64,000 nt of DNA. It comes from Octopus bimaculoides. Lineage: Eukaryota. Made by a program: the position numbers and the translations under genes. The DNA lies in contig NC_068989.1 in NCBI RefSeq assembly GCF_001194135.2, positions 67,734,835-67,798,834 on the forward strand, given 5' to 3'. Of the stretch, positions 24,701-37,774 are shown in pieces. The notes under the pieces were generated by a model. It had not been told where the DNA came from, did no database searches, and saw only the letters and a list, made by a program, of their open reading frames with translations. Position 1 is the stretch's first letter. Each line of letters opens with the position of its first letter.

Positions 24701-25207
24701 AACAAACATACCTACATACATATGTATGTATCCACACACACACACACACACACACATACAACAGTTTTCATCTATTATATTCACTGACAAGGCTTTTTTG
24801 TCTTTGTGTTTTGGTTGTTATTTTTTTCTTTTTTGTACGTTTTACAAATATTGGGTGAAGTGTACAGTTACAATATTCGGGGGAAATTAGGGTGAAATTT
24901 AGAGACGACTCTGTTTCTGAAAAAGACCTTACAAGGGGTTATAATACTAGAAATCGGGACAAACAAGAGTCGCGTTTGGAGTATATTAATGCTTTGTACA
25001 TTATAAAAGTGGTATAGGAGATTTCTGAGTGTATGAAAATATAAATAATGCATGTATTTATTATATATTATCGAAAAGCGTTGGACAAGAATATGAGCAT
25101 ATTGGATAAATAAAGATTTGTAAATAAGATTGTTGTTTTTTCAATTTTGAAATTAATTACTTAGTAACATTGATTTAGATCTTAAATGAAAACATTCATC
25201 GAGCCTA

Positions 25208-25644
25208 TCTATATTAATAAACGCAAAATTCTCTCTGTTCGCCCGAGACACCTGTATCTCAGTCTACATTTGCTCTACATTAGAAATATTTTGGGAATCA
25301 GTATGATCTCGGGATTGAAAATCTGCCCTTCATTTGGTTCTTGAACGTCCAGCATTGCGATCTGATTTAAAAGCATTTGGGTTGCTATTTCTAGGTAAAT
25401 CTTGGCAGATTTCGTTGGCGTTTGTCAGATGACGTCAGAGACCAAGGGCGAGATAAATGACATCAGAGATCAAGGAGGAGATAAATGACATTCGCTTCAT
25501 TAATTTTACGTTGAGATAAGAACTTTGGGACAAATTGGCCAACAATTGGAATTCATCTTGGGGCTGAAACAATAGAATGATTGCATTACAGAATTAATTC
25601 TCACCCGTCCTTAACCTCTGATCAAATACCACCAGCGAATATAG
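25208..25644 (+). mobile_element. Non-autonomous Helitron-like element, same family as 58462-58852
   Basis: A|TCTATATTAATAA start; shares gtatctcagt...catttggttcttgaac.tccagcattg with the 58.5-kb copy. The 3' hairpin is decayed. Confidence 0.55.
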
Positions 25645-26815
25645 TAATTATGAAACCAGTGGTTTGCCGTTAAGTTAAATGTTTTTAGGAGGTAAACTTT
25701 GAAAAATTGCATTCCCTCGCTTTCGGTAAATATGTTGCTTATTTTTTGGTAGTTTTGACTTATTTAGTCCCTCTAAGCGTGAGGCATTATTATATAGTAA
25801 TGCTCTTANNNNNNNNNNNNNNNNNNNNNNNNNNNNNNNNNNNNNNNNNNNNNNNNNNNNNNNNNNNNNNNNNNNNNNNNNNNNNNNNNNNNNNNNNNNN
25901 NNNNNNNNNNNNNNNNNNNNNNNNNNNNNNNNNNNNNNNNNNNNNNNNNNNNNNNNNNNNNNNNNNNNNNNNNNNNNNNNNNNNNNNNNNNNNNNNNNNN
26001 NNNNNNNNNNNNNNNNNNNNNNNNNNNNNNNNNNNNNNNNNNNNNNNNNNNNNNNNNNNNNNNNNNNNNNNNNNNNNNNNNNNNNNNNNNNNNNNNNNNN
26101 NNNNNNNNNNNNNNNNNNNNNNNNNNNNNNNNNNNNNNNNNNNNNNNNNNNNNNNNNNNNNNNNNNNNNNNNNNNNNNNNNNNNNNNNNNNNNNNNNNNN
26201 NNNNNNNNNNNNNNNNNNNNNNNNNNNNNNNNNNNNNNNNNNNNNNNNNNNNNNNNNNNNNNNNNNNNNNNNNNNNNNNNNNNNNNNNNNNNNNNNNNNN
26301 NNNNNNNNNNNNNNNNNNNNNNNNNNNNNNNNNNNNNNNNNNNNNNNNNNNNNNNNNNNNNNNNNNNNNNNNNNNNNNNNNNNNNNNNNNNNNNNNNNNN
26401 NNNNNNNNNNNNNNNNNNNNNNNNNNNNNNNNNNNNNNNNNNNNNNNNTTTATATATATATATATTTACCTTGTATACTTTCTCTATTATATACAGCTGT
26501 CTATGTTACATGTCACACAACTGCACTCAATGACACTTTTTGTAAACGGCCGTGTGAAGGAGAGGTGACGAGAATGGCTCCTTTAGTACATCGCACGGTC
26601 GATACAATGAATATGAAATGGATAAATGGATAAAAGTGCCAGAAGGAAATGAGAGACACAACCGGGTAGAATGTCTAAGAGAAGATTTTATTGATAGGTT
26701 AACATGTGTGTCTGTTTGTGCGTAATATAAACATAATAATAGACAGACCGTCATGTATACATAATGTGTATGTGTGTCCATTAAGTACAGAGAATTGAAA
26801 GAGTCTATAATATGA

Positions 26816-27473
26816 TGTTAGAAGCATGTTCAGACACAAGGATGATAAATGCCAGTTCGTAGTCAAAGTACATGATAGTTGAAATGCTGTATCAAGAAGT
26901 TGTGGCCGTAATGCAGAGCCGGTTGAGGTACTGTCGTATAAGAAGTTGTGGCTACGATGCAGAGCCGGTCACTTGTTACAGGAGTTCTCACAGGTTGTAT
27001 TTGCTGGTAACCATGGTGAAGTAATTCACAAATAGTGTTGAGATAGAACTTGTGCGAGTGTTGTTGGTTGCTGTGTACGTAGAGAGACGATGTTGACGAC
27101 GTTAAGATGGAGGCGAAGAAGATGGAGATTGCCGTATGCTGTTGGACAAGTGTTGATGAATCTCCATGTGGCTGCTGTTGTGTCGTTGCTGGAACTGGCT
27201 GTGTACTCTGTGGTCAGTGGGTAGACCTCAAAAGGTCTGGAACCGAAAGACTTCGAGACGGTGTGAAGCTAGCGTTTTATACAGTGCAGTCGGCGCAAAC
27301 TGAGGTTTAGAAGAGACAGTCTCACGTGACCTTATCAGAAGGCTGCGATTGGTTGGATTGCATCTTGACGCGCAATAGAGCAAGAGACAAATTGCGCCAA
27401 TACCAACCAATCAGAGTAGTAGACACAACAGGGCCCAAAAAGGGTGGCCGAAGGCTAGCAGTTATCTACTACG
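26816..27473 (-). mobile_element. Possible solo LTR or LTR-like element with promoter motifs
   Basis: Higher-GC block with near TG...CA ends (minus strand cGTAGTAG ... CTAACA). On the minus strand, CCAAT (27348-27352), TCACGTGA (27322-27329) and TATAAAA (27275-27281) occur in promoter order. No TSD found. Confidence 0.4.
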
Positions 27474-27488
27474 TCCGTATTTATGTAT

Positions 27489-27544
<56 letters not shown>

Positions 27545-27745
27545 NNNNNNNNNNNNNNNNNNNNNNNNNNNNNNNNNNNNNNNNNNNNNNNNNNNNNNNN
27601 NNNNNNNNNNNNNNNNNNNNNNNNNNNNNNNNNNNNNNNNNNNNNNNNNNNNNNNNNNNNNNNNNNNNNNNNNNNNNNNNNNNNNNNNNNNNNNNNNNNN
27701 NNNNNNNNNNNNNNNNNNNNNNNNNNNNNNNNNNNNNNNNNNNNN

Positions 27746-27804
<59 letters not shown>

Positions 27805-28080
27805 AGAATTTCCCTCAGTCGTACGCTACACACTCAATCGTGTCCACAGTAATCATGAAACATTAAAGAATTGTTCAACATAGACATGGTAGGACTCATG
27901 AAGCAACCAAGCTGTTCTATGACATTCATATCTTCGACTTCCCTCGTATCAATATCTTCTTGGCATTCATTCACTTGTATATTCTGCAAATAAGTTAAAT
28001 ACAGTTTTACGTGTGTATAGCTTTCAGCAACCATTCATTGATTTGGCCATGAGCATGATGAGGTGAGAGAGATTTATACA

Positions 28081-28383
28081 GTAGCAGCACGATAAAGTGA
28101 TGGTATGTTGCCAACTTAATGTGGCAGTCCCATGAAAGAAAGAATGCTACTGCTATTTAGCCCTAGTAAATACCGTTTCCAGTTGGCCATGACACATTTT
28201 TCTGGATGCCGGCTTTGCTGGGTGGAGGTGCTTATCTCCCCTTTGAAAACATAAGGACACAGAAAATGTGCCATGGCCAATTGGAAATGGTATTTCCTAG
28301 GGCTAAATAGCAGTAGCATTCTTCCCTTTCATGGAACTGCCACATTAAGTTGGCAACATACCATCACTTTATCGTGCTGCTAC
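28081..28383. mobile_element. Fold-back element / MITE with ~120-bp inverted arms
   Basis: Arms 28081-28200 and 28263-28383 differ by about 6 substitutions and 1 indel; spacer about 55-60 bp. Left end TA-CAGTAG resembles Tc1/pogo-type termini. Confidence 0.8.
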
Positions 28384-28499
28384 GATATTTAGAAATTGAT
28401 TTAGAATTGTAATATTTCTATTTAAGAAATGTGTACTTGCATCATCTAGTGAACAAGGGGAAACAACCCAAGTTAAATCCCATCTCAACCTCTTGAATA

Positions 28500-28800
28500 G
28501 AGATAACTTGGTAATTAGCAATCATACTGAATGGAATGCTATAAAACATAATAATATGAGTAGTAATGAAAATATATTTTGTGATTGCAAAGGTAGAAGT
28601 AAATGTTTATTTAAAAATTGTTGTAAGCAAAAAAGTGTTGTTTACAGATGTAAAGTGAAATCTGAAGGTGAGAGTTTCTTTTACACAGGGACAACGCAAC
28701 ATTTTATCAAGAAATGCTTCTCTAATCCCAATTAATACACTAACATTTATAACTATAAGAATAAAAAATTCTTAGTAGATATATAAATATTAAATATCAA
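28500..28800 (+). mobile_element. Penelope-like element GIY-YIG endonuclease fragment
   Basis: CDCKGRSKCLFKNCCKQKSVVYRCKVKSEGESFFYTGTTQ: CxC..C linker, VVY (GIY-like) and FYTG (YIG-like). Confidence 0.75.
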
Positions 28801-28961
28801 TATTTAAATATTAATATTTCATATTAAACACTAATATTTCATCTTAAATCCGAGGAAGGAGACAGATTTTTCCTGTGTTCATGCATGTTTATGAGTGTTC
28901 AAATACTGCTATCAGTTATATTATTATTATTATTATTATTATAAATAATTAATTATATATT

Positions 28962-29174
28962 CTGTTCTACTCTAGGCACAAGGCCCGAAATTTTTGGGGA
29001 GGGGGCCAGTCGATTAGATTGACCACAGTACGCAACTGGTACTTAATTCATCGACCCCGAAAGGATAAAAGGCAAAGTCGAATTCAGCGGAATTAGAACT
29101 CAGAACGTACAGACAGACGAAATTCCGCTAAGCATTTCGCCCGGCGTGCTAACGTTTCTGTCAGCTCGCCGCCT
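28962..29174 (-). mobile_element. Family-A SINE with 16-bp TSD
   Basis: Full head to tail on the minus strand; taattaattatatatt at 28946-28961 and 29175-29190. Confidence 0.9.
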
Positions 29175-29904
29175 TAATTAATTATATATTAAAGCTACTA
29201 GTACTTTGAATCTGTCGATACTTTACTCTTTACACCAGCATCTGTAAATATAAGGATTAAAGAATACTTAGTAGATATAATATTGATATAAAAATATTAA
29301 TTAAAGAGTAAAGTAGCTTAAGTTTTCCGTCCAGGTAGCAGTATCATATGTGGTTTCGATAGATTTAATTAAGCACGTTTCTCATGAATATGTAGTTGAT
29401 ATTTTATAATTCATTAAACTAAATTAAAGATAAAACCTACTGATCTTGTAATAGTTGAAGCTTTAGTAATTTATATATAATTTTTATCAATTGGATTTGG
29501 TAACGATTCGTTTTCGTTTGTTTACATAGTTTGTATTGACCATAACTATTGCGCACAAATATAGATGATGCGATACTCTAATATGGTAATTAACAAGCTG
29601 TTTTTAATCAGTCAATTTCTTTCGTTGTCTCCAATATTTTAACAAACGCATGCACAATTACATGATGAATGTTACATCTCTCTCTTCCTCACTCTCTCTT
29701 TCTCTCACTCTCTCTTCCCTCTCTATCTCTCTTCCCCTTACATACACACACTCTCTCTATCTCTCTCTAGCTCTCTTTCAATCTCTCTCTCTCTCTAATA
29801 CCTAGTTCACCCTAACTGCAACAGCACCACCAATAACAACTATTATGTATTACAAACGCACGCGCACAATTATATCAAACATATTTATATATATATATAT
29901 TTGC

Positions 29905-29959
<55 letters not shown>

Positions 29960-30789
29960 AATAACGGTTTTTTAATGCATACATTGCCAAAATGCACACA
30001 ACTGACTCTGTCAAGGGTCGATCAACACGTTGGAATGTAACTCCTTTCTGGAAAATTCTCCCTTAATGAAATACCCAGTTAATCAGTTTCAACATGAAAN
30101 NNNNNNNNNNNNNNNNNNNNNNNNNNNNNNNNNNNNNNNNNNNNNNNNNNNNNNNNNNNNNNNNNNNNNNNNNNNNNNNNNNNNNNNNNNNNNNNNNNNN
30201 NNNNNNNNNNNNNNNNNNNNNNNNNNNNNNNNNNNNNNNNNNNNNNNNNNNNNNNNNNNNNNNNNNNNNNNNNNNNNNNNNNNTATATATATACATAATT
30301 CTGTGTGTGTGTGTGTGCGTGTGCGTGTGTAAATCTGCAGAACCTCTGAAGTTCGCAACTTATTTTCTCCAAACTGGGAACATACCTTACTTATGTTACA
30401 GAGATGGTTTTAGACTCTTAACATTTTTCACATAATGATACAGGCGTACGTACAACTGTCCGCATGGTCCACGCATTGCTTCTGTTCAAACTGGAAAAAA
30501 CAGCTACTGTAATGGTATAAGTAGGTTGTATTAAATGGATGAATCGATGTAGACTTCAGACTGCGTTGTCTAAGTGGTAGCAATAATAGCCTGTTCTCAT
30601 AGTACTATAGGTAGCAATTTGTTGAAATTAAAACCGTTTGGAACGCACTGTGTTTATTATGAAAAATATGCTAAAATATGTTTAATCCTGAGCAGCTGTT
30701 CAACTATTTTCTTTTAGCGTCAGTATCAAGATCTTCCTTCTAAGCATAGACGAGGCCCATACAAACATTCTTCAGCTATTGATTACAAA

Positions 30790-31166
30790 CCGAAATATCG
30801 CATGTACATTTATGGTGTCTAAGACCCAACAACCTTAGTTAGAGACCGTGTCCTCAATGTCACCTTGCGTGCCCGGATAATGCATGCAGAGTTGTTTTCG
30901 TTTGAGAGTTGAGTTGTCCTCACAATGGTCGCACGCTGGTTACGCGAAGGGGTGCACCGTTGAGCTACGACTATTGATTCCCACGTCAGCAACCCAATGT
31001 CATGTGACCCAACCACGTTTGTTAGGGACTGTGTCCTTAATGTGACCTTGCGTACCACGACGCTGCATGCAGAATTGTTTTCGTTTGGGAGCTGAGTTGC
31101 CTTCACAATGGTCACACGCTGTTTATGCGAAGGAAGGAGTGCACAGTTGAGCCGAAATATCGCATG
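30790..31166. repeat. Two diverged ~183-bp tandem units bounded by an exact 15-bp direct repeat
   Basis: gacccaac at 30823 and 31006 (period 183); CCGAAATATCGCATG at 30790-30804 and 31152-31166. Confidence 0.8.
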
Positions 31167-32722
31167 ACAGTGTTGATTTCAAGCGTTTCCTTGCCAATCC
31201 ACCCCCCTTACCATGTAGATTTCTCTCGTGGTGTTGTTGAGAGCACCCACGAACTTGATTTATCACATAGATGTATTCCTATGCCTGCTGATTGTTTAGC
31301 GTGGTAGAGGAAGCCGTGAAGGAGAGTATATTCACTGAGAGATTTTTGGTGTGTTCAAAAATCACATACCCCCACCCACTTTTTCATGACACGGTTAGGG
31401 CCTGGAATCTTCCAGAGAGACGCATGACATCTCACTTAGTCGAAATAGCCCTTCATTTACTCCACAAATGTTTTGTCGTCAATGCTGCACTTCCCCGTAT
31501 CACATACAAACTATGCAATTTAAATCCAGAGCAATACCGGGTATGTTTGCTAGTTCTCTATATAGTTCAGTCTGTATCAAACAGTATATTCAGTCTGAAT
31601 CAAACACTATATAAATCCCACAAACTTTGGATTATATTCTTACAATCTTCAACCATAACATTCGCGAAATCCTTCACTTTTCTCCTCACTGGTAACTATT
31701 TAACATCTATCTGCCACATAAGTTAAAAAGTAGAGAAATTGTTGACCTTCACTCTTGAGCCGATCGCATGGATACTTTAGAGGAAGTACATTAATATCAT
31801 AAAATCTACAAATTATATTATATCAGTCTCCGATGAAGATTCTTGTAACTTCATTATCCGGTATGCATATATCAAGTTTTATTAGTTATGATTATCGCTG
31901 CAATATTCTATAACCCTAATATATAACCTACTGGAATAAAATGCAACTGAAATTTGATAATTTGATCGCCAGACGAGGAGAGTCGTTCGTTGAGATATAA
32001 CTACTTAAATGAAAAGTAACTAACATAGGTAGAAGTGATAAAAACTTCTGAATATATTTATGATGTATGAAGTTTAATATAAGAAATAAAATACCGCTAT
32101 CTTGCTGTCGCAAGATTTGCTAATGGTAGACAAAACCTGAACTATGCAAAATTTTCTGTTGCATCTTCAAACATATTCAGGTTGTATCTTATTTCTATAA
32201 GATATATACGCATGCATATCAATATTATTTGTGATAAAATGATTAGCAAATACCGATTATAAGAATGAAAGGTTTATGAAATAGTTAAGTGGAGTAAAAT
32301 GTATAAATGAATATGACATATACAGGCACTTATATAACTTTATGTGTGTGCGTGTGAGTATATATATATATATATATNNNNNNNNNNNNNNNNNNNNNNN
32401 NNNNNNNNNNNNNNNNNNNNNNNNNNNNNNNNNNNNNNNNNNNNNNNNNNNNNNNNNNNNNNNNNNNNNNNNNNNNNNNNNNNNNNNNNNNNNNNNNNNN
32501 NNNNNNNNNNNNNNNNNNNNNNNNNNNNNNNNNNNNNNNNNNNNNNNNNNNNNNNNNNNNNNNNNNNNNNNNNNNNNNNNNNNNNNNNNNNNNNNNNNNN
32601 NNNNNNNNNNNNNNNNNNNNNNNNNNNNNNNNNNNNNNNNNNNNNNNNNNNNNNNNNNNNNNNNNNNNNNNNNNNNNNNNNNNNNNNNNNNNNNNNNNNN
32701 NNNNNNNNNNNNNNNNNNNNNN

Positions 32723-32791
<69 letters not shown>

Positions 32792-32806
32792 TTATCTATC
32801 TCTCTC

Positions 32807-32869
<63 letters not shown>

Positions 32870-33512
32870 GTTTCCAATTTTGGATTTGGTTTACAAGATT
32901 CTTTATGTGAGTTCGTGTGTTGAAGCATATTCTGTTGTGTCTGGGGAGAGTCATTCTCTTTTAGTGCCTTATAATTTAACACACACACCGGTTAAATTTC
33001 CACTCATTTACTTATTTATGTTTCTAAAATATTCGTTGCATCTTGCAACCTTTTAATAGTTGTTGACTCTGTCTGTTATCCGAGCTGTGTTCTTTTTGTT
33101 TGTGCGCATGTGTGTGGGTCAGTGTGCGTGCACATTCATGCATGTATGTATGTATGCATGTAAGTGTGTGTATGCATGTATGTGTGTGTGTGTGTTCGTA
33201 TGCATATATGTATGTGTGTACGTTTGTATGTATGTATATATTCTGCATATTCATGTGTTTGTGTGTTTTTATTTATGTGTGTGTCTGTGTTTGCATGTGT
33301 GCGTGTGTGTACCACCGTATCCTTGTGCGTGCATGTCTGAGTGTGCCTGTGTGTGTGTGTATGGGTTTTTGTGACTATGTACTGTCTGTATGTATGGATG
33401 TGTATCTCCATATGTGTGGATATGTGTCGCCATATGAGTCCTCGTGTGAAGTGAAGTATGTGTGTATATGGTCATGTGTTCCAGTCTTCATTTGCAGATG
33501 ATGATGATGATA

Positions 33513-33550
<38 letters not shown>

Positions 33551-33570
33551 CACGACGATGATGATGAAGC
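32723..33570. repeat. (TCTA)n, degenerate (TG)-rich tract and (GAT)n microsatellites around an unclassified interspersed repeat
   Basis: Direct reading. Confidence 0.8.
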
Positions 33571-33797
33571 TGCTGCTGCTGCTGATAACCACGATAACGA
33601 CGACAGCAATGATGATTATAACAGAAATGGGGAAGGGATTGTGATTTGCAAGAAGCTTTCGGGAGACATGTTTCTGAGAAAAGTATTGAAGACTTGTTTA
33701 CAAATACTTAGGTATGCAGCATACATTAAACTGTCAGAGGTAACTGGCGATACTTAGCTATTAAGACAAAACATAAATATATATACATATTTATATG

Positions 33798-33843
<46 letters not shown>

Positions 33844-34489
33844 NNNNNNNNNNNNNNNNNNNNNNNNNNNNNNNNNNNNNNNNNNNNNNNNNNNNNNNNN
33901 NNNNNNNNNNNNNNNNNNNNNNNNNNNNNNNNNNNNNNNNNNNNNNNNNNNNNNNNNNNNNNNNNNNNNNNNNNNNNNNNNNNNNNNNNNNNNNNNNNNN
34001 NNNNNNNNNNNNNNNNNNNNNNNNNNNNNNNNNNNNNNNNNNNNNNNNNNNNNNNNNNNNNNNNNNNNNNNNNNNNNNNNNNNNNNNNNNNNNNNNNNNN
34101 NNNNNNNNNNNNNNNNNNNNNNNNNNNNNNNNNNNNNNNNNNNNNNNNNNNNNNNNNNNNNNNNNNNNNNNNNNNNNNNNNNNNNNNNNNNNNNNNNNNN
34201 NNNNNNNNNNNNNNNNNNNNNNNNNNNNNNNNNNNNNNNNNNNNNNNNNNNNNNNNNNNNNNNNNNNNNNNNNNNNNNNNNNNNNNNNNNNNNNNNNNNN
34301 NNNNNNNNNNNNNNNNNNNNNNNNNNNNNNNNNNNNNNNNNNNNNNNNNNNNNNNNNNNNNNNNNNNNNNNNNNNNNNNNNNNNNNNNNNNNNNNNNNNN
34401 NNNNNNNNNNNNNNNNNNNNNNNNNNNNNNNNNNNNNNNNNNNNACACACACACACACACACAAATATATATATATATATGATAATAAT

Positions 34490-35830
34490 ATTTTTAGATT
34501 TTAGTTCCCAAATATATTTACTAAGGCCAGTAGAATTAATCACATTTCTATTCTTAAAGGAATTCATGTGTTGACCCACAAGTAATTTAATTTTATTCGA
34601 AGTCAATTCTATGTAAATCTTATTCAAATTATAACCATTAAATTTATTCCCATCAATTAAAGTCACTATACATTTATATACCACATCCGTCAAATCACAT
34701 TTATTATTAAATTTACATTTGGTCTTATCTCTACATGTACAATTAATTATATCCTGGTCATTATTATTATTATTAGAATAAGTATTTACTTTATATTTGT
34801 AAAACTTATTTAACATAAATCTATTAAAAGAAGAAATAATGTTGGTAACATTATTATTAGTAGAATAACCAACTCCCAAATTATTACTAGAAAAAATATT
34901 ATTATACTTTTTACTATCTCTAAGGAATATATCAATTATACTTAAAATCTCTTTAATAATGTTAGTTTTAACTTGAACGCCATAAGGAATAATTAGCCAA
35001 AGTTTGTTCTTATTATTGATATTATTATATTTATTATTTATATTATTAAATTTATTATTATCAATAAAGGAATCAAATTTAATCTTATTATTTTGTCCAT
35101 GATAATTATGTTTATGTTTTCTTTATTATCATAATACCTATTATTCTTACAATTATTACCTAAGTAGACCTTATAATTCTTAATGTTATGTTTATTGTTA
35201 TAGAAAATAAATGAATCATTAATATTATAATCTTTGCTATTATAATTATATTTCGAATTATTAAAGAATTTAATATTATTAGTATAGCCCGCCTCACGAA
35301 GGGCTTCATTATACGATAATCTTTAGACAGATATTTATGCAGTATTGCTTGACACTTCACTAATCAGCTGCTTAAGAAATTACCCTTTTGTGAACAAGCA
35401 TGAACTCAATGTTGTTTAAGTCGTAATGAAAATCAACGATGGATTAATTAGGGAGTAATAGAAATAAGTTTCTGGAAATGAAAGCCATGCTAGACCAGAG
35501 ATAAAACCACTTAAAGGTTTCTTTGAATGTCACTTAGAGGTTTCTTTGAAGATCACTTATCAAGTTGGTTTTAATGAAGTGTGTCTTGGAATGCGTTTGT
35601 TCTTTATTTTCAGTTGATAATATCATTAGATGTATATTGATGGATGGTGAACTGTTCTTTGGAATCCCTTTAAATATTTATCGTTAGGAATGTAAAGACC
35701 AATATTGTATTAATGTAAGTCAGTATGCTATTTAGTGCTGCTCTAAATATAATTCTGTAATCTGTTTCAGCGCTGTCCGATGTAAGGAAAGGGGAAATAT
35801 TTGTATTCTCTTAATACATAAGAACGTTGC
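34490..35830 (-). mobile_element. Decayed Penelope-like retroelement (RT remnant plus GIY-YIG)
   Basis: NCTCRDKTKCKFNNKCDLTDVVYKCIV...KIYIELT...HMNSFKNRNVINSTGLSKYIWELKSKN; upstream NIGLY remnant of the GLYRDD motif near 35700. Confidence 0.85.
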
Positions 35831-36399
35831 AATAAACTTTTATTGTTAACTCTTTTAACTAAGTTTTCAAACTGGCACATGCTTCACCGTCATCATACCA
35901 CTTCTCTCTCCATTTACATCTCTCTCTTGAGGAGTATCTCTCCTCTACTCTGTCTTTCTCTATTTTCCTTAGCCGGAGAGAAAGAGTAATAGAGAAAAAT
36001 AAAAAGTGAGAATGAATAATGCTATGCTGAATGGGAAAGGAAAAAAAAAGGGTTAGACGTCACATGTCCTTTTCATTTCAATTTTCTGTTTTTCTACAAT
36101 TTTTGTGACAGGCAGTAAAGTTTGAGGGAGAGATGACTGCTGCTCAGTATTATATAAACGTATGTCAATGTATTATACACACTTCCCTGCAATATGGCGA
36201 GTAATCACATATATATTTTGTGGGTGTTTGATTTATAGCTTCTGAACAAAGTGAACATACATACATACATGTGTATACATTCACACACACATATGTATAG
36301 TCGGTATCAGTAAAGCACTGTGGGAAAGTTAACAGACTTACTCCCCCCCCCCCACCAAATTTCTGGCCTCCTGCTCGTCTTAGAGACAATTATTTACCC

Positions 36400-36720
36400 G
36401 GTAGAGGGTGATTGACTGGTAAATATTTTTACTCTGGGGCTTCGGTTCACACCCCACTGAGGTCAACTCTACATATCATCCCTCCGGGATCAATAAAATG
36501 AAATACCCATGAAGCTCTGGGGTCGATCGAAATTAGAAACGATATTGTTACTGCCCTTCATGTTGTGAATTCAAAACACACCGACTTCAGATTTGCCTTT
36601 TATCTTTTCTGGGTCAACAAAATAAGTGCCGATTAAGTACTGGGGTCTATATATTCGATTAAGGCCTATCCTCAAATTTTCTGGCCTCACGCCTAAATCA
36701 GAAATTCTTATTTAATCATC
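36400..36720 (+). mobile_element. Two tandem decayed family-A SINE fragments
   Basis: gaggtcaact...catcc..gggatcaataaaat and tttgccttttatctt..gggtcaacaaaataagt cores. Confidence 0.55.
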
Positions 36721-37342
36721 GAGTGGATGAGGTGTTGTATCCATGATGTTTCTTGTCCCTCATTGCTCGACGAAATCGACATAGGCTATACTGTTTCAGG
36801 TCAGACCTCATCAAGCAGATGGACGGACATTGACATTCCACCTGTGACCATCCTGTATTTCTGAAACTCATTGAATCGAGAAACTATATTACTCATTGAG
36901 TACATGTATGCAGATGACATGTTGGTTTGCTAGTTCCGAAATCTGATTGTTTATTTATCAGTTGACTTACCTAACATCATGGTCAGCCATCTGTATCTAA
37001 AAAATATTTATTTCATATCTGCCGGTATCCAATGCTACCTTAAATCGTATAACAATATGATCATACGTTGATAGAATTATTTGTTTTTGTAATATGCAAT
37101 CTGAAATAAAGCCAGGTTTGAGCTTATCAATATTAGATAATAACATTTCGCAAAAGACTTCACAAGTCTTTTTGTCGTAGCTGTTCGATCAAGGTTGCAA
37201 TCAAATGGTTTTGCAATAGTGTTCAGCATCGCATCGTTTGCTTTAAAAGTGTCAGCTGTTATGATTTCATTGATTTCCATCACTTTATATTATCATCTGT
37301 TGCAATAACAAACGCAGCAGCTGTAACAAGAAGAAGAAAAAG

Positions 37343-37354
37343 AAGAAGAACAAT

Positions 37355-37425
<71 letters not shown>

Positions 37426-37440
37426 CTACAACAACAACGA
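37343..37440. repeat. (CAA)n microsatellite
   Basis: Direct reading. Confidence 0.95.
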
Positions 37441-37774
37441 CCAAAACGACGAGAACAGCAACAAAATTATTAGAAGTACAATAAGAGCAGAGAAACAAAA
37501 ATATCCGATAACTGCCGACTGTGAACGCTGATAATCTACATGAAAACCTTTGTGAACATCATAAACAGAAGGAATCTTTCTCTCTCTTTGTCTCTCTTTC
37601 TGTGTCTCACTCTGTCTCTCAGTTTCTCTCTGTATATCTCTGTATGTGTCTGCTGGTCGTCGTCTTTATCTCATCCTTAGATACAAACCATTATTCATGC
37701 ATCCACTGCCAAACTATCTGAGGTAAATCTCATTCCGTACACTATGAAATAGTACAAAAAAACCAAGCGCATAA

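Larger units (their letters stand above)
23119..25808 (+). repeat. Pair of ~165-bp near-identical direct repeats (23119-23283 and 25645-25808), each running into an N-gap
   Basis: taattatgaaaccagtggtttg(t/c)cgttaag...gcattattatatagtaatgc; only a few substitutions. Confidence 0.85.

Noticed and set aside
28846-28885. Possible hammerhead after the GIY-YIG fragment
   Set aside because: The core reads CCGAGGA and the GAAA half is missing.
33458-33757. Poly-Asp ORF, and similar poly-Asn/Ile/Met/HT/YI/ER ORFs elsewhere
   Set aside because: These are translations of microsatellites with no recognisable domain or splice context.
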